From Pseudomonadota bacterium (GTDB lineage: Bacteria; Myxococcota_A; UBA9160; SZUA-336): 64,000 nt of DNA. The stretch lies in contig QJZC01000011.1 of NCBI GenBank assembly GCA_003247575.1, positions 87,874-151,873 of the forward strand. The letters run 5' to 3'. Made by a program: the position numbers and the translations under genes. Below are positions 8,759 to 17,576 of the stretch, one piece after another (the first letter of the stretch is position 1; the number at the start of each line of letters is the position of its first letter). The notes under the pieces were generated by a model, which worked only from the letters and a program-made list of their open reading frames with translations, ran no database searches and had not been told where the DNA came from.

Positions 8759-11194
8759 ATGAGTCGAGGAAAGATGTTCTACGTCCGTGTAGCGAGCGCA
8801 TTCGCGCTCGCTGCGAGTCTCTGGGCGGGCGCCTTGGGTGTCCCTCGCGACAGCGCCAATCACGGGCCGCGCCGTCAGCTGAGCCCAGCCGCGCAGGTGG
8901 CGACCCTCACGGGTGCGCAGGAGCTGCGTCGCGCGTATCGCGAATGGGTGGCGGTCCACGAGCGACGCGGAGGGGATCGCCGCATCCAGTTGCAGCTGGG
9001 TCGTTCGGGACAGGTCGATCACGCCCCGGGACGAGAGGGGAATCCCCTCGGTGTCGCAGAAGTGGATCTGGTCGAAGGAGCCTTCGAGATCGAGGTTCGA
9101 GATCTCGACGCGGGGTTCGAATACACCGCCTGGGTGCTCGACAATCAGCCGGGACCGGGCAACAGCTTGCTACCGGATCGGTCGGATCGCTACCTCGAGT
9201 TGGGGTCGTTGGCCGAGACTGCCGGTGTGTGGCGGCTCCAGCGCTCGCTCGGATCCGAGCCATTCTCCGACCTGAGCGTTGATGCGCTCTTGATCGCGCG
9301 CGCAGGTGCACATCCTGCAGACGGAGTCGTGATGTCCGGTGCGCCCGATCTGTTCCAGCGGATCTACTCGGCCACGCGTAGCGAGGCAAGCCTGGCTGCG
9401 AGCGAATACGTCGAGATCGCTGCCTGGGCAGACGAGCGCCGCGATGCACCAGGCAGCTGGTTCGGAATCGCGACCGCGCGGGCAGCGCGAAAGAATCCCC
9501 CACAAGGGATCGTCGTAGATGCGGACGTGCTGATCGACGAGCTCGTGGCACTCGGTGCGGATGTCTTCATCAATGAGGACTTCGAGGGCAATGGGCGCAC
9601 ATGCGAGACGTGCCACGACTTTCTCAACAACAATACGATCGACCCGCCCTTCATTGCTCGGCTGCCGGACAACGATCCCCTCTTCATCGCGGAACAGATT
9701 CCTGGGCTTGCAAGCGATGGTACGAACTTGGGCGCCCTCGACGTTCCGGAGATCCTGCGGGCGACGGCGCTGATCGGCATCTCGGAGGACGGAGTCGACA
9801 AGCCGAGTGTCAATCGATCGGTCCCGCACCTGAAGGGGCTGCGGCAAACGTTCGGACCGCCGGTGGGCGTCTTCCGCGACTTCTCCGATGCGAACCCTGC
9901 GCCGTTTCCCCTTCCTCCGGCGGGCTCCGATCCTGCGGTTCGTATGGGTCTGACGCTCGACAACGCGAGCGTGCCACCCTTCGATCGCGGTGGCTTTGGT
10001 GGCGACCTGAGTTTCGAGCCCGAGCTCGGTCTCTTCGGGCGCATCCGCGATGCCGTGCCAGGGGCAGTCTTCCTGCTCTTCACGAAGACCCTGGATCGGC
10101 AGATCGGGGTCGATTTTCGCCTTCCCACGGATTTGGAGGCCGACGCGGTTACCGCGTTCTACTTCACGCTCGGGCGGAGCTCCGATCTCGAGCTTCCGAT
10201 TCCGCTGTCCGATCCCATCGCGGCTCGCGGTCAGCTTACCTTTATGAACGACGGCGGCGCGACGAATGGACGTGCGCCCGGACAAGCTCAGGTAATCCCA
10301 CTGCTGGATGAGTTCGGAAATCCGATTGGGGCCGGCAAGTGCAACGTCTGCCACTTCAATGCGGGTGCTCTCGCGAACCCTGTGGCCTTCAGAGACGTGG
10401 AGCGTGTATTCGCGGAGCAGCTCGGAGTTGCCCCCGATCAGGCGCCCCGCATCGGCCTAGCCAACATGAACTTCGAGACGGGAGCGGAGCGCCTCACGTC
10501 GCAACCAGCCGACATCGTCGCCGGATCGAAGAAAGCGCGCGATGCGGGCTTCGGCCGGGTCCCACAGGGAACCTCGCTCGGGCCAGACGCGGCGCCCTGC
10601 CGCGGCGGACTCGGGGGCTTCGGGGGTACGGTCGTGCTGGACTTTCCTGGGGCGGATCCACCGATTCGGGCGGGCGACTGCAGCGAGGCGTTCAGCACTC
10701 AGCCTCTGATCGAGGCGGCGGACACGCCTCCGTTCTTTCACAACAATGCGGTCACGACCATCGAGACGGCCGTGTCCTTCTACAACAGCGATGCTTTCAA
10801 CGGTTCGCAGGGCGCGCGCATTCTCGGGGCGATCACTGGCACGAACGGAATTCGCCTCGAGGCGACAGACGTGCAGGCGATTGCGGGCTTCTTGCGTGCG
10901 ATCAATGCGCTCGACAACATCGCCGCGGCGACCTCGCTGTTGCAGGCCACCCAGGGCCAGAGTGGAGCGGTGTTCCGACAGCTCGTCGACGGTGCACTCG
11001 CCGAGATCGTCGATGCGATCGACATTCTCGAGGGTGCCTTCATCAACCCTGCCGCGTCCCGACGCCTTCGCGATGCGCGCGTCGCGCTCGAGGGGGTACG
11101 ATCAAGTGCGGAGAGCGCAGTGGCGGGCTCCACGGCTCTACAGGTCGCCCTGGCTGCACTGTTGGACGCACGCGAGGAGATCTCACCGAGCTGA
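8759..11194 (+). CDS. Secreted di-haem cytochrome c, CCP/MauG-like core with novel N-terminal domain (paralogue A)
   Basis: Signal peptide. CxxCH at 9602-9616 (CETCH) and 10340-10354 (CNVCH). CCP-like distal segment: FSTQPLIEAADTPPFFHNNAVTTIETAVSFYNS...VQAIAGFLRAINALDNI. ATG at 8759 follows GGAGGG. Paralogous to 11270-13714 and 56737-58767. Confidence 0.8.
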   Translation: MSRGKMFYVRVASAFALAASLWAGALGVPRDSANHGPRRQLSPAAQVATLTGAQELRRAYREWVAVHERRGGDRRIQLQLGRSGQVDHAPGREGNPLGVAEVDLVEGAFEIEVRDLDAGFEYTAWVLDNQPGPGNSLLPDRSDRYLELGSLAETAGVWRLQRSLGSEPFSDLSVDALLIARAGAHPADGVVMSGAPDLFQRIYSATRSEASLAASEYVEIAAWADERRDAPGSWFGIATARAARKNPPQGIVVDADVLIDELVALGADVFINEDFEGNGRTCETCHDFLNNNTIDPPFIARLPDNDPLFIAEQIPGLASDGTNLGALDVPEILRATALIGISEDGVDKPSVNRSVPHLKGLRQTFGPPVGVFRDFSDANPAPFPLPPAGSDPAVRMGLTLDNASVPPFDRGGFGGDLSFEPELGLFGRIRDAVPGAVFLLFTKTLDRQIGVDFRLPTDLEADAVTAFYFTLGRSSDLELPIPLSDPIAARGQLTFMNDGGATNGRAPGQAQVIPLLDEFGNPIGAGKCNVCHFNAGALANPVAFRDVERVFAEQLGVAPDQAPRIGLANMNFETGAERLTSQPADIVAGSKKARDAGFGRVPQGTSLGPDAAPCRGGLGGFGGTVVLDFPGADPPIRAGDCSEAFSTQPLIEAADTPPFFHNNAVTTIETAVSFYNSDAFNGSQGARILGAITGTNGIRLEATDVQAIAGFLRAINALDNIAAATSLLQATQGQSGAVFRQLVDGALAEIVDAIDILEGAFINPAASRRLRDARVALEGVRSSAESAVAGSTALQVALAALLDAREEISPS

Positions 11195-11269
11195 CCTTCG
11201 ATCCTTGCCTTGCTCGCGAGGTCGAGGAACTCGGAGGCTCCGGTGCAGTGTGCTGAAATGGAGGGTCGC

Positions 11270-13714
11270 ATGAGACGACTGCGAATGGTTGCTAGGGTCG
11301 GAGTCCTGTCTGCCGGATTGCTCGCGTTCGGCGGGGGGGGTGTGTGGATCGCGCGCGACTCCGCCGCGCCCGTGCCGAGCGACGTGAGGGCCGTTGCGGC
11401 AGGAATGGTCGGTGCACCCCGGTTGCGTGCGGCCTACGCGAACTGGTCGCGAGCGCACGAGGCGCGTGGTGGAGATCGTCGAGTCGAGATCGTGCTCGGA
11501 CGATCCGATCCGCACACGCTTGCGGATAGGGTACAGCTGGGAGTCCTCCGACTCGACCTGGTCGACGGAGTCGTCGAGGCGACTCTCCCTGGACCGCTGG
11601 ACGAGGCTGATGGCTACGTCCTGTGGCTGGTAGACAATCCGACTTCCCCAGACAATGGGCTGAGCGCAGATGTGGGCGACCGCTTCCTGGAGGTTGGGCG
11701 TTTCGAGCCCCGAGGAACCGGCTACGCGCTGCAGGCGGAACTCGGGACACGGGCGTTCGAGCGATTTCAGGTCGATGGCGCTCTCGTGGTTCCGGCGGAC
11801 GGCGACCCGACTGGCCGTGTATCGATGGGGGGGGCTCCCGACCTGTTTCAACGAATCTACACGTCGGTGCGGACTCCCGAGCTGTTCGCCGAGAGTGATT
11901 ATGCCGATCTGCTCAGCGAAGATGCGACCAGCTTCGGGATCGGCGTGCGCCCAGCGATGGCTGCCCGGAAGCCGAATCCGGATCGGACGGTCGTCGACGT
12001 CGATGTCCTGCTCGATCGCTTGATCGCACGCGGTGCAGACCTGTTCATCAACGAGACCTTCGATGGCAACGGTCGGACCTGCTCGACGTGTCACAGCCTT
12101 GCGAACAATCTGACGTTGAATCCCGGCTTCATCGCCGGCCTGTCCGACCAGGATCCACTCTTCATTACAGAGCAGATCCCCGAACTCGCGAGCGACGGAG
12201 TCAAGCCCGGAGCTCTCGACGTGCCGGAGATCCTACGAGCCACGGGCCTTGTTGGAATCCCAGGGCCCGACACCGTCGCGAACCCGGCGATCAATCGGTC
12301 GGTGACGCATCTTCGGGGGCTGCGAGCGACGGTGGTGCCGCCGGCACCGGTGGTCGCACCGTTCGGTCCCGAGAACCCGGCGCCCTTCCCTCTCCCCGAC
12401 GGACCGCCGTCCGGCACTGTCATGGGGATCACGGTAGACAACGCGACGGTGCCGCCGTTCGAGCGCGCCGGGTTCGGCGGTGACCTGGCGTTCGTGCCCC
12501 AGAATGGCCGCTTCGGACGAGCGCGAGACGCGGTCCCAGGCGCGACCGCGCTGCTGCTCACGCGGTCTCTCGCGCGCGTGCCCGGTGTGGACTTCCGCAT
12601 GCCAACCGACTTGGAGACCGATGCGGTCGCGGCCTTCTTCTTCTCGCTCGGGCGGAGTGCTGACATCGAGCTTCCGATCCCGCTGTCGGATCCGATCGCG
12701 CGCCGCGGTCAGGCCGTCTTCATGAACGACGGAGGCGCACTGAATGGAAATCAACCGGGAAATGCATCGGTGGTTCCGCAAGTAGACGACTTCGGAAATC
12801 GGATTGGCGCCGGAAAGTGCAACATCTGCCACTTCAACGCAGGTGCACTTACGAATCCAGTCGTGTTCGCATCGGTGGAGCCCGCCTTTGCAAGCATGCT
12901 CGGGATTCCGCGCGATCAATTTCCCTCGCTCGGGCTGCGAAACATGAACTTCGAGACTGGCGTCGAGCGACTCTCCTCGCAGCCGGCCAATGTAGTTGCG
13001 GCAGACAAGAAAGGTCGAGATGCAGGCTTCGGCGTGGTTCCACATACACCGGGTGGAAGCGCGAGTTCATCGGGCTGTGCCAATGGGAGGGGCGGATTCG
13101 GCACCCTTGTAATGGTTCCCTTCCCAGGGGCGGATCCGCCGGACGTGGTCGGAGACTGTATCGAGGCATTCAATACTCAGCCGTTGGTGGAAGTCGCCGA
13201 TACTCCCCCCTTCTTCCACAACAACGCCGTCAGTACGGTCGAGATGGCGGTCGAGTTCTACAATACCGATGCCTTCAATCAGTCTGCGGCTGCACGACTG
13301 CTGGGTGCGGTCACCGGGACGAATGGGATTCGGCTCGAGGCGACGGAGGTGCAGGCGATTGCCTCGTTCCTGCGCGCGATCAATGCGCTCGACAATATTC
13401 GAGAGGCGCGTGAGAACCTGCTCGCAGCGTTTCGAGTGGGCTCTCGACCGGACGTGGAGCAGCAGCTCATCGCCAATGCAACGATGCAGATTGACGATGC
13501 GATCCAGGTTCTGTCGGCTGCAGGCGTGAACACTCGGGCCGTCGATCGCCTGCTCGATGTTCGTGCTGGGCTGCAGCGCGCAGGAGTCGCCGATGAGCGA
13601 CGAGGCGTCTTCTCGCGATTCCGACGACTCGATCGAAGGCCGAGATTCGTAGAGGTCGTGCGCGCTCTGGCCGGACTGGATCGGGCTCGCCAGAGCATCT
13701 CCCCGAGTCGCTGA
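11270..13714 (+). CDS. Secreted di-haem cytochrome c, CCP/MauG-like core (paralogue B, tandem to A)
   Basis: CxxCH at 12080-12094 (CSTCH) and 12818-12832 (CNICH). Collinear with paralogue A along its whole length: DLFINETFDGNGRTC, NRSVTHLRGL, NMNFETGVERLSSQPA, ADTPPFFHNNAVSTVEMAVEFYNT. ATG at 11270 follows GGAGGG. Confidence 0.8.
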   Translation: MRRLRMVARVGVLSAGLLAFGGGGVWIARDSAAPVPSDVRAVAAGMVGAPRLRAAYANWSRAHEARGGDRRVEIVLGRSDPHTLADRVQLGVLRLDLVDGVVEATLPGPLDEADGYVLWLVDNPTSPDNGLSADVGDRFLEVGRFEPRGTGYALQAELGTRAFERFQVDGALVVPADGDPTGRVSMGGAPDLFQRIYTSVRTPELFAESDYADLLSEDATSFGIGVRPAMAARKPNPDRTVVDVDVLLDRLIARGADLFINETFDGNGRTCSTCHSLANNLTLNPGFIAGLSDQDPLFITEQIPELASDGVKPGALDVPEILRATGLVGIPGPDTVANPAINRSVTHLRGLRATVVPPAPVVAPFGPENPAPFPLPDGPPSGTVMGITVDNATVPPFERAGFGGDLAFVPQNGRFGRARDAVPGATALLLTRSLARVPGVDFRMPTDLETDAVAAFFFSLGRSADIELPIPLSDPIARRGQAVFMNDGGALNGNQPGNASVVPQVDDFGNRIGAGKCNICHFNAGALTNPVVFASVEPAFASMLGIPRDQFPSLGLRNMNFETGVERLSSQPANVVAADKKGRDAGFGVVPHTPGGSASSSGCANGRGGFGTLVMVPFPGADPPDVVGDCIEAFNTQPLVEVADTPPFFHNNAVSTVEMAVEFYNTDAFNQSAAARLLGAVTGTNGIRLEATEVQAIASFLRAINALDNIREARENLLAAFRVGSRPDVEQQLIANATMQIDDAIQVLSAAGVNTRAVDRLLDVRAGLQRAGVADERRGVFSRFRRLDRRPRFVEVVRALAGLDRARQSISPSR

Positions 13715-13733
13715 TCCGGGGGGCGGGTCCGAA

Positions 13734-13769
13734 GCTGGTGCCTCGCGCTCCGTGGCGCGAGGCACCAGC
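13734..13769. terminator. Perfect 15-bp GC-rich hairpin between convergent genes (probable bidirectional terminator)
   Basis: GCTGGTGCCTCGCGC-tccgtg-GCGCGAGGCACCAGC, 20 nt after the stop at 13714 and 34 nt after the convergent stop at 13803. No U-tract. Confidence 0.55.
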
Positions 13770-13802
13770 CAGATCGGTCTTGGGCTGCGGGTTGCGGGTT
13801 GC

Positions 13803-16800
13803 CTAGTTCGTCTGCTCCCAGAAGACCAGGTCTACGGGCTTCACCATCTGTTTGGGGCCCGTCTTCTTACCGATCCCCCCGTCGGAGGTCTGCAAGATGA
13901 CCTCCGTCACATCTTCTTCCGGAGGATCGTCAGGACCGGGGGTTTTGCCCTTTTTGGTCTTGGTCGCGACTCTCGGTGCCGACGGCAGACCGGATCCGAC
14001 CCGCAGAACGCGCGAGGAGTCCGAAGTCGCCGTCGGGCTGGTGAAGAAGCCGGCACCATCCTTGATGGAGAAGATGTAGAGCATCGCATCGCCGCGTACC
14101 TCGCACATCGAGGTCGACGTGCCCAAGTCGGGTACGTAGCTGGCCGTGACCAGGTATCCCGTGAGCGCCAAGGAGTCCGTGATGAACTTCTCGTTCGCGG
14201 CTCCGACCAGATAGAATCCGAGGTCGGTCTTGTCTGGATCGGACGAGCTTCCGTTCAGCAAGGAGAGGTCCGACAGGTCGTAGGGCGTGCTCGAGAATGC
14301 CCCGGACCCGGTCGGCTTCGGGTCGGCGATCACGTAGAAGTGGTTCGCATCGACCGCGGGATCATTCGCGTAGGTCAGGTTGGTTCGCTCGCCCGTACCG
14401 AGGGCGAGCACCAGCTTGCCGTTGGCGTACGCAGCCGCCGGTGGATAGAAGAAGCTGCGCCGATGTCCGTTGCTTGCGGTGGGGGCCACGAAGAAGCGGT
14501 CGACCGGCCACACGCTGGTGGGAACGCGGCCTGACGAGTTCTTCGCGCCGACGGCGGAGAGGTCCCACTTCCAGAGCTGGCCTCCCGTGTCGCCGATGTA
14601 GAGCACGTCGGCGAAGCCGTCGAAGTCGAGATCGAGAACAGCAGGCTCGCTCGGGAACGCGTACTTCATCTCGGCGAGGATCGTGCTCGAAGAATCATAG
14701 GACGCTCGAGCCAGCACCTTGCCTGTGGCCAACGAGACGATGAAGATTCCCTTGCTGTCGTCTACCCAGTTGGAGTCGTTCGGATCGGAGAGGAAGTTGG
14801 TCGCGCTGGGATCGCCCTGCTGAGAGTAGCCCGCTCCGAAGATGGCGACCCATTCCTCCCTGCAATCGCCCGGAGCCGCGGGCGTGACCGCTCCATCGCC
14901 GTCGGGGATGCCGCAGTAGTCAGCGCCGAAGCCTCCCTTGAGCTTTACGCGCGTGATGACGGCCTTGGACCACGTGTTTCCGAGCGGCTCGGCCGGATCG
15001 GAGAACTCCCACAGCAGGCGCGGATAGGGACCGTGGGCGCCGCCGGTGGCGTCTGGGTCCGTGATGTCGAGCGCCAGATAGCCTTTGCCGCCCTCGCGCA
15101 TGCCGACGACCAGCGCCGTCGTCCACTCGAGCGGGTCCTTGGCCGTTTTTCCAGCGCTCGAGGGTAGCCATGCGTCAGCCACGACGGGAACCCCATCGAC
15201 GAAGAATGGCTTGGCCGTATATTGCTTCAGGGAGGGGAGCGAATCGAGTAGGAAGCCAGGAACGTACCCGAAGCGTTCCAGGCCGGTCCCAATGTCGTAG
15301 TACTCGGTCTCCGTGACAGTAGGGGTACTCGGATCGTCTCCGCTCTTGATCTGGCCCGCATCGAAGGCGTGCAGCATGCCGTCGTTCGCACCCGCGTAGA
15401 TCACCCTGTCCCTCTTGGAGTACCGGGACAGGAACGCATTCGTGTCGTTGATCGGGCCGTAGCCCTGTTCTGTGACTCGGTTGAACGGAGGTGGGCCGAT
15501 CACGGTCGGGCTCGAATGAAAGATGTCCCCCAGTACGATCTCTCGCCTCTCAGTCACGATACCATCGGCGTCCTCGTCGAACCCATCGTTTCCCTCGACG
15601 TAGCCGACGATCGCATCGGTCAGCGCTTCGGCGTTTGCGAACGGGCCTGTCGGTAGCGATGGGTAGTTCGGGAGATCGGTGTCCTGTAGGCCGACGTCGG
15701 CGGCAAAGATGCTACCGGTTTCGAAGACGTCTCGCGTCGTGCCGCGAGTGTAGAAGAGATTCCGTGGATTGTTGGGATCTGCAAGAGTCTCACTCGCGTC
15801 CCAGAAGTACGTGTTGCGAGGCTCGATGAACTTTCCCGTGACTGCGTCCAGCGCGTTCTTGCCATCCTTTCCGATGATGTCGGCGTTGTCGTCGAGCCGG
15901 TAGGCCTGAAGATGACCCTGGTAGATCTGGCCGCGAGGTCGTGGCTCGAAGTAGGCAGTGTAGAAGCCATTGCCGGAGCCGGACTGAGAGGTGGGAACCG
16001 CGGCGGCCGTGAAGCTTCCCCCGCGCAGGACGATGTCTTCGAGCGAAGACCGGAGTTGTGTGGCTAGATCGCTCGCGGTACTCGCGGAGAAGTACTGGCC
16101 ATCGCCATTGGTGGCCGTATCCTGCAGAAGCTTGGAGTCGAGAGCGAAGCCGATCGTGTACGTCACGATGTTCTGTTTGCCCGGCATCACCGAATTGGCG
16201 ACGAGGTCCTCCTTGTTCAGATAGGCCGCCACGTCGTCCAGGGTGTCATTCAGGTCGGATGAGTTGTTCTTGTTCGAGTCCTTGTCGTAGTCCTCGCCGA
16301 ACGTATCCAGGAACGCCGAGCCGTGGTGGTCGTTGGCGTCATTGTAGGGATCACCGTCGGTCAGGATGATGATGTAGTTGGCTCGACAGAGGACGTCGGG
16401 GTCGAGCGGACTCGGTGGGGGGGAGCCGGTGGTCCCGCCGTCGGTCGTGTTGCGATTGTAGACCTTGTAGGTTCCCAGGCCATTCCCGCCAGCGGGGTTC
16501 GCGTAGTTGCCCACGTAGTAGCGCCCTACGTCGACCAGTGCTTCACTGAGCGGAGTCGAGGTGCTCGCAGTGACCTTGTCGCTTCGAAGTGTGGTCAGGA
16601 GAGTGTTCGTATTTCCGTCTGCGATGGGTTCGATGACGTAGCCGCCGTTGGAGACACCCAGCTTGCTCGTGTGCAGTCCAGCGATCCCGAAGCGGATCTT
16701 CTGGTCGATCGTGCCGTCGGGTCGGACGGGATTCATTTCCTTGATCAGGTCCTTCAGGACTCGTTTCGCCGCGATCTTGCGCGTCTCGGTCGGCATGGGC

Positions 16801-17390
16801 TTCGGGAACTTTCCGGTTGCCGCGAGCTCCTTCATGAACCAGTGAATGTAGTTTGGGGACCAGTACGTGGATTCGTTGGGTTCGTCGATGATGGACGAGT
16901 CGCTCGGATCGACGTCGTCTGCATTGTCGATGTCAGGGAGCGTGATGGAGAGGTCACCCCAGAAGTTCTTTTTACACTTGAACTCTGAGGGAGTGTCGCC
17001 GCATCCGTCGATGAAGTCGTCGAAGTTGCAGGTGATCTCGTCGCCCGCTCGAAGCACGTATGGATCGCCTAGCAAGGTGTATCCCGCGAGGTCGTTCTCC
17101 GGGCACACGTTGTCCGTCCTGCCAGAGCCCGGGCACTGCCCGACAACCTTCTTTGCCAACACCTTGATGTCGCAGGGTGAGTCGGTGTCATGGAACTTCT
17201 TGGGATCGAAGTCCGCGTGCCAGAGAGCGTGCTGCATCGACCCAGAGGTATCGAAGAGAACCATGACGTTCGGGGCCGCGCCATTCTGATCGGCGAGGAG
17301 CCGCAGGTCGGGATCTGTCGTCTGAGCGAGAATCATGCCGGGTAGGCAACTCAGTAGCACTGCTCCCAGGACCCATCTTGCGCTGCGCAT
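13803..17390 (-). CDS. pilY1: PilY1-like type IV pilus tip-associated adhesin with N-terminal vWA domain
   Basis: Signal peptide MRSARWVLGAVLLSCLPGMILA. vWA MIDAS VLFDTSGSM and IIILTDGDP. PilY1 signature VIYAGANDGMLHAFDAG. C-terminal propeller region with LDLDFDGFADVLYIGDTGGQLWKWDL. Track ORF starts at 17501; I prefer ATG at 17390. Confidence 0.85.
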   Translation of the reverse strand: MRSARWVLGAVLLSCLPGMILAQTTDPDLRLLADQNGAAPNVMVLFDTSGSMQHALWHADFDPKKFHDTDSPCDIKVLAKKVVGQCPGSGRTDNVCPENDLAGYTLLGDPYVLRAGDEITCNFDDFIDGCGDTPSEFKCKKNFWGDLSITLPDIDNADDVDPSDSSIIDEPNESTYWSPNYIHWFMKELAATGKFPKPMPTETRKIAAKRVLKDLIKEMNPVRPDGTIDQKIRFGIAGLHTSKLGVSNGGYVIEPIADGNTNTLLTTLRSDKVTASTSTPLSEALVDVGRYYVGNYANPAGGNGLGTYKVYNRNTTDGGTTGSPPPSPLDPDVLCRANYIIILTDGDPYNDANDHHGSAFLDTFGEDYDKDSNKNNSSDLNDTLDDVAAYLNKEDLVANSVMPGKQNIVTYTIGFALDSKLLQDTATNGDGQYFSASTASDLATQLRSSLEDIVLRGGSFTAAAVPTSQSGSGNGFYTAYFEPRPRGQIYQGHLQAYRLDDNADIIGKDGKNALDAVTGKFIEPRNTYFWDASETLADPNNPRNLFYTRGTTRDVFETGSIFAADVGLQDTDLPNYPSLPTGPFANAEALTDAIVGYVEGNDGFDEDADGIVTERREIVLGDIFHSSPTVIGPPPFNRVTEQGYGPINDTNAFLSRYSKRDRVIYAGANDGMLHAFDAGQIKSGDDPSTPTVTETEYYDIGTGLERFGYVPGFLLDSLPSLKQYTAKPFFVDGVPVVADAWLPSSAGKTAKDPLEWTTALVVGMREGGKGYLALDITDPDATGGAHGPYPRLLWEFSDPAEPLGNTWSKAVITRVKLKGGFGADYCGIPDGDGAVTPAAPGDCREEWVAIFGAGYSQQGDPSATNFLSDPNDSNWVDDSKGIFIVSLATGKVLARASYDSSSTILAEMKYAFPSEPAVLDLDFDGFADVLYIGDTGGQLWKWDLSAVGAKNSSGRVPTSVWPVDRFFVAPTASNGHRRSFFYPPAAAYANGKLVLALGTGERTNLTYANDPAVDANHFYVIADPKPTGSGAFSSTPYDLSDLSLLNGSSSDPDKTDLGFYLVGAANEKFITDSLALTGYLVTASYVPDLGTSTSMCEVRGDAMLYIFSIKDGAGFFTSPTATSDSSRVLRVGSGLPSAPRVATKTKKGKTPGPDDPPEEDVTEVILQTSDGGIGKKTGPKQMVKPVDLVFWEQTN

Positions 17391-17576
17391 TTTGCTCGAA
17401 CCTCCGATCGCGGATTCGTCCCTCGGGGCAGCATTGAGCAATGCGCATGCCAGCGTGGGCTCGAGGCGAAACGCGTGGAAACGAGCGCTTCTGGGGTCCA
17501 ACCGGGTCAGACTCGGCTAAAGTACGCAACCGTTGCTGGAGCCGGAAAAGTTTTCTCGAGTGGAGAGAATCCGTCC

